Source: Thermoanaerobaculia bacterium (lineage in GTDB: Bacteria > Acidobacteriota > Thermoanaerobaculia > UBA5066). From it: DNA of 64,000 nucleotides. This document shows positions 42,290 to 51,948 of the stretch, piece by piece. The position numbers and the translations under genes are program-made. Where the stretch lies: the NCBI GenBank assembly GCA_963816185.1, contig CAWFJJ010000006.1, positions 1,326 through 65,325 on the forward strand, given 5' to 3'. Within the stretch, counting starts at the first letter, position 1, and each line of letters starts with the position of its first letter. The notes under the pieces are model-generated. The model worked only from the letters and a program-made list of their open reading frames with translations, had not been told where the DNA came from and did no database searches.

Positions 42290-44437
42290 ATGAAGCGGTT
42301 CGCCCCCCTCGCTCTCGTTTTGCTGACGGCCGCCCCCTGCGCCGCGCAGTGGCGCTACCCACCCTCCAGGACTGTCGACGCTGCGGATACGTACTTCGGG
42401 AAGACCTACAAGGATCCCTACCGCTGGCTGGAGAACCTCAAGGACAAGGAGGCCGAGGCATGGTTCAAGGCGCAGGGGGAGCTGACGGAACGCCTCCTGG
42501 CGAAGATCCCGGCACGGGATGCCCTCGCCAAGGAGTGGATGGAGCTGGACAAGCTGAAGCCCGCAACGTACTCGTCCATCACCTACGAGAACGGGCGGAT
42601 CTTCTACAAGAAGACCCTCGGAGGCGAGAACGTGGGCAAGCTCTTCTTCCGCCAGGGTTGGAACGGGACGGAAAAGCTGCTCTTCGACGCCTCCACCTAC
42701 AAGGCGGGGGTGACGACGACGATCGAGAGCCTGCTCCCCTCTGTTGACGGGCATTACGTCGCCATAGGCCTCTCAGCGAACGGGGCCGAATACTCCGAGA
42801 TCCGGATCCTGGACGTCGACCGGGGGGCCCTGCTCCCCGAGAGCATCTACCCTTCCTACGGCCCGTATGGTTGGACGCTGGACAGCAAGTCTCTCTTCTA
42901 CGACGCAGGGAAGGTCACCGACATCAAGAGCCTCGACATCGAACTGAACCGCAAGACCAGGCTGCACAAGATCGGCACGAACTTCGCCGCCGACCGCGAC
43001 TTCTTCAGCAACGAGAGCAACCCCGAACTCGGGATCGCTCCGAAGGAATTCCCGTCGGCCTTCATCGACGAGTCGTACCCCGACACGATCGTGGGAACGG
43101 CCGGCACGGTGCAGAACGAGATGCGGGTCTTCTACGCTCCTGCTTCCGAGTTGAAGTCCCCGAAGATCAAATGGAAGGTCCTCTGTACACCTTCGGACAA
43201 CCTCGTCCGCGGCATGGCCTTCCACAAGGGCTTCGTCTACGCCGTCACCCATACGAACGCCCCCCGCTACAAAGTGGTCCGGACAAGCGTGAAGCATCCC
43301 GACTGGGCGCACGCGGAGACCGTCCTTCCGGAAGCGAAGGACTCCATCCAGTCCATTACCAAGACCAAGGACTTCCTCTTCGTCGTGTACTCCAACGGGA
43401 TCCTCGCCCGCATCGTCAAGTACGAATTCGCGACCGGGAAGGCGAACGAGATCAAGCTTCCCGGTTCGGGTACGGTCTTTGTAGTCTGTCCCGACTGGCA
43501 TACCAACCGGTGCATCGTCTACCTAACCTCGTGGACCAGCCCCACGACCCTCTACGATTTCGACGGGGACAAGGACACCTTCGCAAAGAGCATCTTCAAC
43601 ACGGACGTCTCGTACCCGGGCTTCGACACCCTCGTCACGGAAGAGGTGGAGGTTCCGGGACACGACGGCGCCCTGATCCCCCTCTCCATCATCCACAAGA
43701 AGGGCATTCCGCTCGACGGGAGCAGCAGCTGCATCCTGGGGGGCTATGGCGCCTACGGGATCAGCGCTTCGCCGTACTTCGACGTGAAGCGTTCGATCGC
43801 CTTGCGGGGTGTCGTCCTGGCCTACGCTCATCCCAGGGGTGGAAGTGAGAAGGGCGAGGCCTGGTACAAGGCGGGCTACAAGACGACCAAGCCGAACACT
43901 TGGAAGGACTTCATCTCCTGCGCGGAATTCCTGGTGAAGAAGGGCTATACCAGCCCCGAGCATCTCGCGGGCACCGGCACCAGTGCCGGAGGGATCCTGA
44001 TCAGCCGGGCCGTCACCTCGCGCCCGGACCTCTTCGCCGCCGCCGTCTGTAACGTCGGATGCGCCAACGCCATGCGCATGGAGTTCTCCCCGAACGGCCC
44101 TGTCAATACTCCCGAATTCGGCACGGTCAAGGATCCCGTCGAATGTGAAGCCCTATACGAGATGGACGGGGTCCAGCACGTCCAGCCGGGGGTGAAGTAC
44201 CCGGCCGTGCTCTGCGTCGGCGGCTGGAACGATCCGCGCGTCGCCCCGTGGGAGCCCGGGAAGTTCGCGGCCGCCCTCCAGAACGCGAGCACCTCGGGAA
44301 AGCCCGTCCTGATGAAGGTCAACTACGACAACGGCCACTTCACCGAGGAGAAGATCGTCACCTTCAAGAATTTCGCGGGCCAGTTCGCGTTTCTGCTCTG
44401 GCAGACCGGCCACAAGGAGTTCCAACCGGTGAACTAG
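42290..44437 (+). CDS. prolyl oligopeptidase family (S9A) serine peptidase, secreted (second paralogue)
   Basis: 715-aa ORF. RBS AAAGGAGAA. Signal peptide. DPYRWLEN. Catalytic GTSAGGILIS. C-terminal NYDNGHF. Confidence 0.9.
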   Translation: MKRFAPLALVLLTAAPCAAQWRYPPSRTVDAADTYFGKTYKDPYRWLENLKDKEAEAWFKAQGELTERLLAKIPARDALAKEWMELDKLKPATYSSITYENGRIFYKKTLGGENVGKLFFRQGWNGTEKLLFDASTYKAGVTTTIESLLPSVDGHYVAIGLSANGAEYSEIRILDVDRGALLPESIYPSYGPYGWTLDSKSLFYDAGKVTDIKSLDIELNRKTRLHKIGTNFAADRDFFSNESNPELGIAPKEFPSAFIDESYPDTIVGTAGTVQNEMRVFYAPASELKSPKIKWKVLCTPSDNLVRGMAFHKGFVYAVTHTNAPRYKVVRTSVKHPDWAHAETVLPEAKDSIQSITKTKDFLFVVYSNGILARIVKYEFATGKANEIKLPGSGTVFVVCPDWHTNRCIVYLTSWTSPTTLYDFDGDKDTFAKSIFNTDVSYPGFDTLVTEEVEVPGHDGALIPLSIIHKKGIPLDGSSSCILGGYGAYGISASPYFDVKRSIALRGVVLAYAHPRGGSEKGEAWYKAGYKTTKPNTWKDFISCAEFLVKKGYTSPEHLAGTGTSAGGILISRAVTSRPDLFAAAVCNVGCANAMRMEFSPNGPVNTPEFGTVKDPVECEALYEMDGVQHVQPGVKYPAVLCVGGWNDPRVAPWEPGKFAAALQNASTSGKPVLMKVNYDNGHFTEEKIVTFKNFAGQFAFLLWQTGHKEFQPVN

Positions 44438-44581
44438 GGGGCTTGGCCCTGTCGGTGAGGATTCTCTGAGATCGGCTAGCTTCGGTATTCGCGCAGGAAC
44501 AATGGCTCCAACCCTCGGGTGCAGAGAGGAAGGTGTAATCGATGAGGCCGAGATCGTCCATGACTTGCGGGCCAGCCGGGG

Positions 44582-45526
44582 TTATGGGACGACGTGGGTG
44601 CCCGCCTTGCCGGCGAGGGCGAGGCCGACGTGGGCAGGGTCGGTGATGATCGCCTCGCGGCCGCCTCCCTCCAGGAAGTCGATCACCGCCTCGATCTTCG
44701 GAAGCATGCTCCCCGCCTTGAAATGACCTTCGGCCATGTAGCGCCGCGCATCGGCGACGGTCATCCGGTCGATGTCCTTCTGGTGCGGCGTCCCGAAGTC
44801 GAGGCAAACCGTCGCGACGCCCGTCGAAACGACGAACAACGCGGCTCCCAGCTCGCGCGCCAGGAGGCTCGACGCATGGTCTTTGTCGATGACCGCGGCC
44901 GCGCCCCGGATAACCCCCGCGGCGTCTTCGACCACGGCGATCCCCCCTCCGCCCGCCGCGACGACCACGAAGCCGGCGTCGAGCAGACTCTTTACCGCGC
45001 CGAGCTGAAGGATCGCGGTCGGCGCCGGCGAGGCGACGACGCGCCGCCATCCCCGCCCAGCGTCCTCGACCAGGTCCCACCCGTCCGCCGCGCGGTGGAA
45101 CTCCGCCTGCTCCTTAGACAGGAACGATCCGATGGGTTTGTTCGGCTTCTCGAACGCGGGATCGGCGCGGTCCACGAGACAGAGCGTGACCAACGTGGCC
45201 GTTGCCTTCTCGATGCCGAGACGCCGGAACTCATTGAAGAGCGCGAGCTGGATGTGGTAGCCGAGCGCCCCCTGCGTGTCCGCCACGCAGGAGTCAAGCG
45301 GCACCGTGTGGAGCTCTTTCGACGCGAGCTCGGACCGGCGCAGGATGAAGCCCACCTGCGGGCCGTTTCCGTGCGTGATCACGAGCCTGAGGTTCGGCTC
45401 TCGGAGGAGCGGCGCGATGTGGCGGCACGTTTCGGAGCACGCCTGGTATTGGTCCGGGACGCGCTGGTGCTCCTTGTCCGTGATGAGCGAGTTCCCGCCG
45501 ATTGCGATGACGGCCGTCCTGATCAC
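44582..45526 (-). CDS. arcC: carbamate kinase
   Basis: 314 codons from GTG 45526 (AAGGAGG 5 nt upstream), inside ORF 44582..45853. Motifs AIGGNSL, ITHGNGPQVG, VVAAGGGGIAV. Confidence 0.85.
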   Translation of the reverse strand: MIRTAVIAIGGNSLITDKEHQRVPDQYQACSETCRHIAPLLREPNLRLVITHGNGPQVGFILRRSELASKELHTVPLDSCVADTQGALGYHIQLALFNEFRRLGIEKATATLVTLCLVDRADPAFEKPNKPIGSFLSKEQAEFHRAADGWDLVEDAGRGWRRVVASPAPTAILQLGAVKSLLDAGFVVVAAGGGGIAVVEDAAGVIRGAAAVIDKDHASSLLARELGAALFVVSTGVATVCLDFGTPHQKDIDRMTVADARRYMAEGHFKAGSMLPKIEAVIDFLEGGGREAIITDPAHVGLALAGKAGTHVVP

Positions 45527-45989
45527 GTGAACCTCCTTCCTCCGGCACGCCGAGGATGTCAGTCCGCCGCCCGCTACGCTTTCTGGCGTCAGTCTAACAT
45601 CAAGCGGTAGAGAGACCTGTGACGCAGGTGGCCAGTCTTGCCCCTTGAGTGTAGGGGTGCAATCGGAATTGGCGAAGGCACGATGGATCTGCCGTTTCGC
45701 GTCGACTACCTCGACGCCGAGCGGATGCTGCCGGTGCTGAATCGAAAAGCAGCCTGAAGGGTGGTTACGAAAGGCGTGGGCCGTGTGCGCGCCGAGAAAG
45801 GAGCCGAGGGCGTGACTCTGGTCTCTACCCGCTACAGCGTCCCGCAATCCCACTGCCTCTTACACCGTCGGTCACGTTCTCAATCCCCGGCCCCGTAGAC
45901 GGCACTCTGTCCAGACTGATATCGTCGGGCGAACCACCCGGAGTCGACGGCAACGCAGACAACGAGATCGGACCGAAGGGGACACGCTC

Positions 45990-46262
45990 GTGAAGGTCAA
46001 CGTATCGAGGTTCAACGCGTCCATTTTCGAGCTCGTCTACCCGGACAAGAAGGAGCGCGCCTTCCTGCGCCGCGTGGACCCGGAGTTCCTCGAAGCCCTG
46101 CAAGCCGAGGCCGCGTACGAGAGCAAGCTCAAGAAATTGCCGTTCGGCCTGGGGAAGAAACTGCTCTCCCCGCCGACGATCGAGATCACTGAAGCGCGCT
46201 GGCAAAGTCTGCGCGCCCGGATCTCCGGCTCCTTCCCGGCCGTGAAGATCGGTGGATCATGA
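45990..46262 (+). CDS. hypothetical protein (lower-GC patch)
   Basis: 90-aa ORF, GTG start. Normal amino-acid composition, unlike the overlapping reverse ORFs. The C-terminal part is encoded by the 64-nt repeat shared with the carD 3' end. Confidence 0.4.
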   Translation: MKVNVSRFNASIFELVYPDKKERAFLRRVDPEFLEALQAEAAYESKLKKLPFGLGKKLLSPPTIEITEARWQSLRARISGSFPAVKIGGS

Positions 46263-46743
46263 GGCTAGTCCTCACCAGGATCGCATCCGACTCTCGAATG
46301 GGACGCCGGTGAGCGAGGAAAGCGTTCTCTTGGTGGTTCCACGGCTCAGTCTCGATGGAGATAGCCGCGAGGTTGGAGACCTCGTCTTCACAACCCGGCA
46401 AGTCTTCCTGGTCAAGACGGCCGACAACGCGGTCGCACGAACGTTCGGCCTTATCGAAGCAGCCGCAGCAGCGGCCCAACGCAGCAGAAACTCCTTCCAA
46501 CAGCTTCAGGCTCGGCCTCTCAAGACTCTTCTCGCCATGGCGGAGCCACGCACGCGGTTCGAGTATCGTGAGCTTCAGAGCATCACCGTCAAGCTCGGCG
46601 GCCTCTTTTCCTGCCCCGCCGTCAGGATGATCCCCCACCACGGCCGGCGCCTCAAGCTCTCGGGTAAGCGGTCGACTCTCATACACCTCGCCACCGCCAT
46701 TTCCCTCCTGGCTCGTGTTGGAGCACCTATATCGCTTTCGTAG
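46252..46743 (+). CDS. hypothetical protein (lower-GC patch)
   Basis: 163-aa ORF, GTG start overlapping the previous stop. I recognise no family. Confidence 0.4.
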   Translation: MDHEASPHQDRIRLSNGTPVSEESVLLVVPRLSLDGDSREVGDLVFTTRQVFLVKTADNAVARTFGLIEAAAAAAQRSRNSFQQLQARPLKTLLAMAEPRTRFEYRELQSITVKLGGLFSCPAVRMIPHHGRRLKLSGKRSTLIHLATAISLLARVGAPISLS

Positions 46744-47535
46744 CGTCGCGTCGCCCAACCCCGCGCTCAGGCCTGGGCGCCTGACGCCGGCAAGCTCGCC
46801 GAATGGCCCTCGAAGGCGAGGCGCGCAGCGTCGGCGTGTCGTGATACAGCCTGCAGCAGTCGCTGAGCCAGATTTTGTCTGATGAAAGTGACCGGCAGGC
46901 ATCAAAAACTGGCATCGCAAGCGCTTCTAGCCAAGGCATCGCCCTGGTCCACAACTTGCGTAAAGGGCACGCGACCAGCTCCGGTCCGTCCGGAGTCTAT
47001 TGCCTAACCGATAGGAGGCTTGCTTGACGTTCGCTGTTTCGTTGCAGGCTGTTCTGCTCGCGGGAACTTCTTCTGGGCGCGGCACGCGCGTCCGCTATCC
47101 TGGCATCCACGAGGACGCCGAGTACTTTGCTAAGCGCTGGAATCAGGGGAGCGACTTGCTCCACATCAACCAGGATGGGCGCTCGCTGCGTCTTGATGGG
47201 GGGGTGGAAAGTGAGTAGGGTCTATGCTTGTCCTGCCTGCCGTGATTCAGGGTTCCGTTTCGTCGCAGTCCACGATGCGGCCAACACCAACGTCAATTCG
47301 ACAGGATATGTGTTTCGCTGGCAACCATGCAACGCTAATCCGTGCCTCGCTCCCGATGACGAAGAGACACTTTCCGTCCGGAGGAAGAACGAGCCAAGAC
47401 ACGCTCCGAGCGGACTTGAATCAAGCGGCGTCGAGAATCGCTCGACACGTGCCCATCAGATTCCTCGTTCCTAGCCGCTTTCCCCCGTCCGGTTCAAATA
47501 GCCAGTCGTTCATTCAGTAGGGGTTTTGGCGGTGC

Positions 47536-47736
47536 TCAACTCTTCGGCTTCCAGACCGCCGCGTCAATCGTGGCGAGGATGTGTCCTATCCAGCCGAGGA
47601 GGAGGAACCAAAGAACGCCGGACAGAATGAAGAACCCGAGGGCGGCGAGTACACGCCCCTGAATGAGCTGCCCGAGCCCCGGGATGAAGAAGCTGACGAG
47701 CGCGGCGATCACGTTCCCAGCCGATCCCTGTCCCAT
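47536..47736 (-). CDS. small two-TM membrane protein
   Basis: 66 codons from ATG 47736 (MGQGSAGNVIAALVSFFIPGLGQLIQGR...). The upstream part of ORF 47536..48003 looks non-coding. Confidence 0.45.
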   Translation of the reverse strand: MGQGSAGNVIAALVSFFIPGLGQLIQGRVLAALGFFILSGVLWFLLLGWIGHILATIDAAVWKPKS

Positions 47737-47990
47737 GCCGGAATGATACGGCTCGGCGACGAGGCGGTTTTCCCGCGGGTTCTGCAGCCGACGAGCGCGC
47801 CCACACCGCCTTGCCTCGATCATCGGCAGTCCTGTTAACCAGCGAAGCATCGCCCCAGCGGATCTGTTGACCGTTCTCAGCCGCTCTCGACACTTCAGGC
47901 CCCGAATCCACCAAAGAGGCCCTGCTGACAAACACTCGGAACAGGGCCATTCTGGGCTCGCGTCGCGAGGCGCGGCCGCGAAGGAGGACG

Positions 47991-49001
47991 ATGGACAATT
48001 CACGGACGTACCGCGCCGTGATGCTCACGAGGAAAGGCGGCCCGGAGGCGCTAGAGGTGGTGGAGCTGCCTGTCCGCGAGCCGGCCCCAGACGAGCTGCG
48101 TGTGCGCGTACGCGCAGCGGGCGTCGGCTCCACCGACGTCGTCATGCTCAGCGGTTCGTACCCGTACGCGCCGAAGATCCCCTTCGTGCCGGGCTACGAG
48201 GTGGCCGGCGTCGTCGACGCGGTCGGGTCGGGCGTGACGGGCTTCGCGCCCGGACAGCGCGTCGCCGCGCTCACGGTTCACGGCGGCTTCGGCGAGCTCC
48301 TCTATCGCGAGGCGGAGCATTTCCTGCCGATACCCGACGGGGTGTCCGATGTCGAAGCAGCTGCGGTCATCCTCAACTACGTGACCGCCTGGCAGGCGAT
48401 CCACCGCAAGGCCAAGGTCCGCGAAGGAAGGACCGCGCTCGTCACGGCGGCGGCCGGCGGCGTTGGCACGGCGGTACTGCAGCTCTTGCGGCTCGCCGGA
48501 CTGAGGACCTACGGCGCGGCGTCGGCCGGCAAGCACGGCACCGTGCGCGCGCTCGGCGCCACGCCGATCGACTACCGCGCCGGGCGCCTCGACCGCCTCG
48601 TTCGCGCATTCGAGCCACAGGGCGTCGACTACGTCTTCGACGGCGTGGGCGGAAGCGGCCTAAGCGCGTGCATCGGCGCGCTCCGCCGCGACGGCACGCT
48701 GGTCGGCTATGGTTTCATGGCAACCCGAGGACCGGTCGAAACCGTAGCAATGTTCGCGCGGATCTTCGTCGGCGCGCGCCTTCGTGGGCGGCGCGGAGCC
48801 TTCTACGGCATCACCATGCTCTACCGCAAAGACCCGCAGCCTCTGCGCGAGGACCTGCCCAAGATCTTCACGCTTCTCACCGAGAAGAAGATCGACCCGC
48901 TGGTGACGCGCCGCTTCCCGCTGCTCGGAGCGCGCCAGGCGATCGAGCTGCTGGCCGCCGGCAGCGTAGAGGGCAAGATCGTGCTCGAGAACCCGGGATG
49001 A
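47991..49001 (+). CDS. zinc-type alcohol dehydrogenase/quinone oxidoreductase (MDR superfamily)
   Basis: 336-aa ORF. PGYEVAGVV substrate-domain motif and AAAGGVGTAVLQL NAD(P)-binding motif. Confidence 0.85.
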   Translation: MDNSRTYRAVMLTRKGGPEALEVVELPVREPAPDELRVRVRAAGVGSTDVVMLSGSYPYAPKIPFVPGYEVAGVVDAVGSGVTGFAPGQRVAALTVHGGFGELLYREAEHFLPIPDGVSDVEAAAVILNYVTAWQAIHRKAKVREGRTALVTAAAGGVGTAVLQLLRLAGLRTYGAASAGKHGTVRALGATPIDYRAGRLDRLVRAFEPQGVDYVFDGVGGSGLSACIGALRRDGTLVGYGFMATRGPVETVAMFARIFVGARLRGRRGAFYGITMLYRKDPQPLREDLPKIFTLLTEKKIDPLVTRRFPLLGARQAIELLAAGSVEGKIVLENPG

Positions 49002-49184
49002 GCGCCGGTGAGCCCGCTCAATAGGCGGTACGGCCAAGCCTCTCGTTGTCGCGTCAGTCGTGCTTGCTGCCGAGCTCTGCGAACCGGAATCTCTGATGAG
49101 ACATTCAGCTTCAACCCGCTCTCAACGGATAACCGAAGGCAGCTCTGTGTCTTACAGATCGTCGACCGATAGGACCGAACACTG

Positions 49185-49349
49185 CCCCGGGGATTGACTT
49201 TTGCCGCGCCCAGCACCACGTTGAGACGAAGACGATGTTGAGGCGTTGACCTGCCGGGCCCTTCGTGGCCACCCATGCCCGTCAGCGAGCCACTAGTGAA
49301 ACCGGCAACGTCTCGTTGCCGGTTCTTGCTTTCTCCGACGGTTTGAGGG
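49185..49349 (+). other. conserved non-coding element, copy 1 (candidate sRNA or 5' leader with terminator-like hairpin)
   Basis: ~165 nt, almost identical to 63427..63593. Contains TTGACT/TTGAGA/TTGAGG/TTGACC boxes, the stem CTGCCGGGC/GCCCGTCAG with a variable loop, and the hairpin ACCGGCAAC-gtctc-GTTGCCGGT (49301-49323) followed by TCTTGCTTTCT. Lies ~100 nt upstream of the S8 peptidase start. Confidence 0.5.
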
Positions 49350-49447
49350 GGCCCTCGTATCTCTCAACCCTCTCAAACTCCTGGCCACACAGCTTCTCGC
49401 CCTTCTCCATCTTCTGCTCGTGGGATTTCCCCCAAGGAGGTTTCTCG

Positions 49448-51634
49448 ATGAGTATAGGAATACTTCGATCCACCTTTCTGCTCGGTGTCGCGGCTCTGTT
49501 GACCGCGGCCGAGCTCGCAGCGGACCAGGCGGTCATCGTGCGGACGATGAAACCGTACGGCGCGGTCAAGCAGAAGATTGCCGCCCTCGGCGGGACCGTG
49601 ACATACGAGTTCAAGAATGCGAACGGTCTGGCGGTGAGCATTCCCGACAACAAGCTCGACGCGTTGAACCTGACCGACGGAGTCCTTTACACCGTGCGCG
49701 ATGAAACCGTGCCTGCCCCGAAGCCCAAGCTGATCGTCGACGTCACAGGCGACGTTCAGTCGGACCTGGGCTCGGATGCGGCACCGGCGAACTACTACCC
49801 CTACAACAGCGATCTGACCGATGCGCTGCCGCTGCAGACGGCGGGAATTCTCGGGCAGGGGGTCGTGGTCGGAGTCATCGACACGGGCACCTCTCGCTCG
49901 GCGACGGCTCTCTGCACGGGCGCCTGCGCGACGGGGACACGCGTCCTCGGCGGCGAGAGCTTCGTCCCGGGCGAGCCGGACGCCACGGCCCCCACAAACG
50001 GCGCTCACGGAACCTGGGTCGCCTGCATGATCGGCGCGAATCGCACGTTCGGGTTCGCCAGCACCAGCGCGCTCGCGATCGCTGTCCGCACGTACTGCAC
50101 ACCGGCGGCTTCCTCCCCCTGCTCGTTCACGGCGGCTCCGGGTGTCGATGGGATCCCGATGGTCGGCCAGGCTCCCGCAGTGCAATTCTTTGCCCTGAAG
50201 GTCTTCCCGGCGTCGGGAGCCGGAGCGCCGACCAGCCGCATCATGGCGGCCATGGATCGCGCGATCGATCTGAAGAACTCCACCCAGCCGAATATGAAGG
50301 TCGTCAACATGAGCCTGGGCGGGCCGACGCTTCTTGCGGGCGGAGACATCGAAGATGAGCTCGCGACTTCCATGGCCAACTCAGGCATCACCCTCGCCGT
50401 CTCGGCAGGCAACGCGGGGCCGAGCGGCATGACGGTCGGAAGCCCCGGTACGGCGCACGGCATCCTGACGGTGGGCGCGGCCTCGAGCCCCGTCCATGAG
50501 CGCATCCTGCGAGACCTACAGTACGGGGCCGGCGTCGGGCCGCTCTATCGCCCGGACAACAACCAGCAGATGGCCTACTTCAGCTCGCGCGGCCCCGACG
50601 CGGATGGCCGCATCGATCCGGAGGTCGTCGCCAACGGCTTCGCCTCCTACGCCCAGGGCGCCGACGGCTCGATCTCCCTGGTCTCCGGAACTTCCTTCTC
50701 CGCGCCGACCATCTCCGGCGTCGCGGCCCTCCTCTACAGCGCGAAGCCGTCGGCGACGCCGGCGCAAATCCGCTCCGCGATCGTCGGCTCGGCGCGTTCG
50801 ACAGTCATTCCGACCGCGACCGCTGTCGATCAGGGCCACGGCTACGTCGACGCGGCTGCTGCGGAGACGCTTCTGAATACGAATCCCGGCCCGATCGCCG
50901 ACACCGGTCCCGCAAAGAAGAAGGTGACGCAGAATGTCCAGGAGGGCGCCGGCATTCAGCCGATCAACAGCTCCTCGTTCACCACGCACGTTGCCGATCT
51001 GCGGCCCGCGGAGCGCCGCGAGTACTACTACGTCGTCAGCAAGAACACGGCCCAAGTCCGCGTTACCCTCTCCAACGTGACGCCGGCGCTCCCGGCCTCA
51101 CAGCAGAACGCGTTGTTCGGCGACGACCTCCTCTTTGCCGTCCACTCCGCCAAGACCTCGGCGATCGGCGAAGGGGACTACCTCGCCTTCGATTTCGTCA
51201 ACGGCGCGAGATCCTTCGTTTTCGACCGGCCGGAAAACGGCGTCATGCGCGTCACCGTCAACGGAGACTGGACCAACGCCGGGAAGATCGCGACCGACCT
51301 CGCGATCGAGGAAGTCACGGCGCCCCGCTCCAAGAAAGACTTCAAGGGGAAGATCTCGCAGGGCGAGCTCGTCACGCAGACAGTCGACATCCCGGCGGGA
51401 ACCGCGTCCGTCACGTTCAGCCTCTCCTGGGACAACGACTGGAGCAGCTACCCAACCAACGATCTCGATCTGTACCTCGTGTCTCCCGGCGGCGTCCTGA
51501 ACACCAGCGGTGCGACGTTGAACAGCCCGGAAGTCGTCACGATCACGAACCCGCTGCCGGGCACCTGGACGATCTTCGCCGACGGGTTCACGATCTTCGG
51601 CAAGGATGACAAGTACGAAATCCGGATCGACTAA
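49448..51634 (+). CDS. secreted subtilisin-like (S8) serine peptidase with C-terminal beta-sandwich domain
   Basis: ATG 49448 after AAGGAGG, inside ORF 49265..51634. Signal peptide. Catalytic triad motifs VGVIDTGTS, HGTWVACM, SGTSFSAPTISG. Confidence 0.9.
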   Translation: MSIGILRSTFLLGVAALLTAAELAADQAVIVRTMKPYGAVKQKIAALGGTVTYEFKNANGLAVSIPDNKLDALNLTDGVLYTVRDETVPAPKPKLIVDVTGDVQSDLGSDAAPANYYPYNSDLTDALPLQTAGILGQGVVVGVIDTGTSRSATALCTGACATGTRVLGGESFVPGEPDATAPTNGAHGTWVACMIGANRTFGFASTSALAIAVRTYCTPAASSPCSFTAAPGVDGIPMVGQAPAVQFFALKVFPASGAGAPTSRIMAAMDRAIDLKNSTQPNMKVVNMSLGGPTLLAGGDIEDELATSMANSGITLAVSAGNAGPSGMTVGSPGTAHGILTVGAASSPVHERILRDLQYGAGVGPLYRPDNNQQMAYFSSRGPDADGRIDPEVVANGFASYAQGADGSISLVSGTSFSAPTISGVAALLYSAKPSATPAQIRSAIVGSARSTVIPTATAVDQGHGYVDAAAAETLLNTNPGPIADTGPAKKKVTQNVQEGAGIQPINSSSFTTHVADLRPAERREYYYVVSKNTAQVRVTLSNVTPALPASQQNALFGDDLLFAVHSAKTSAIGEGDYLAFDFVNGARSFVFDRPENGVMRVTVNGDWTNAGKIATDLAIEEVTAPRSKKDFKGKISQGELVTQTVDIPAGTASVTFSLSWDNDWSSYPTNDLDLYLVSPGGVLNTSGATLNSPEVVTITNPLPGTWTIFADGFTIFGKDDKYEIRID

Positions 51635-51654
51635 TTTCTGGCTTCACTGATATC

Positions 51655-51682
51655 GAGAGGCCGCCCGAGAGGGCGGCCTCTC
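51655..51682 (+). terminator. rho-independent terminator
   Basis: GAGAGGCCGCCC-gaga-GGGCGGCCTCTC followed by TTTCT, 20 nt after the S8 stop. Confidence 0.7.
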
Positions 51683-51948
51683 TTTCTAGGCTCCTCGCGC
51701 TTGGCCCGAAGGGTTGCCTCCTGAGATGTCCGTCGCTTTCACCTGCCGCTAGCCTGAACATGGCCCGAGAAAGCGCGCCGGCGACGAAAACGCGGCGGCT
51801 TTCCCAGAATCCCACGCGGAAAGTGAACCGCTCGTGATCTCCGACACTCTCGCTGCGTTCAATGTGGTGAGACGCTGGGAAGCGTCCGCCATTTCGGGCG
51901 GACACGCGTCGCGGCCGCCCCTTGCGACGCATTGAGAGGAGCAACTCG

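Noticed and set aside
46186-46920. 244-aa reverse ORF in the lower-GC patch
   Set aside because: It overlaps two forward ORFs with more protein-like composition, and its own translation is Arg/Gly/Cys-rich with no motif. It is kept only as a possibility.
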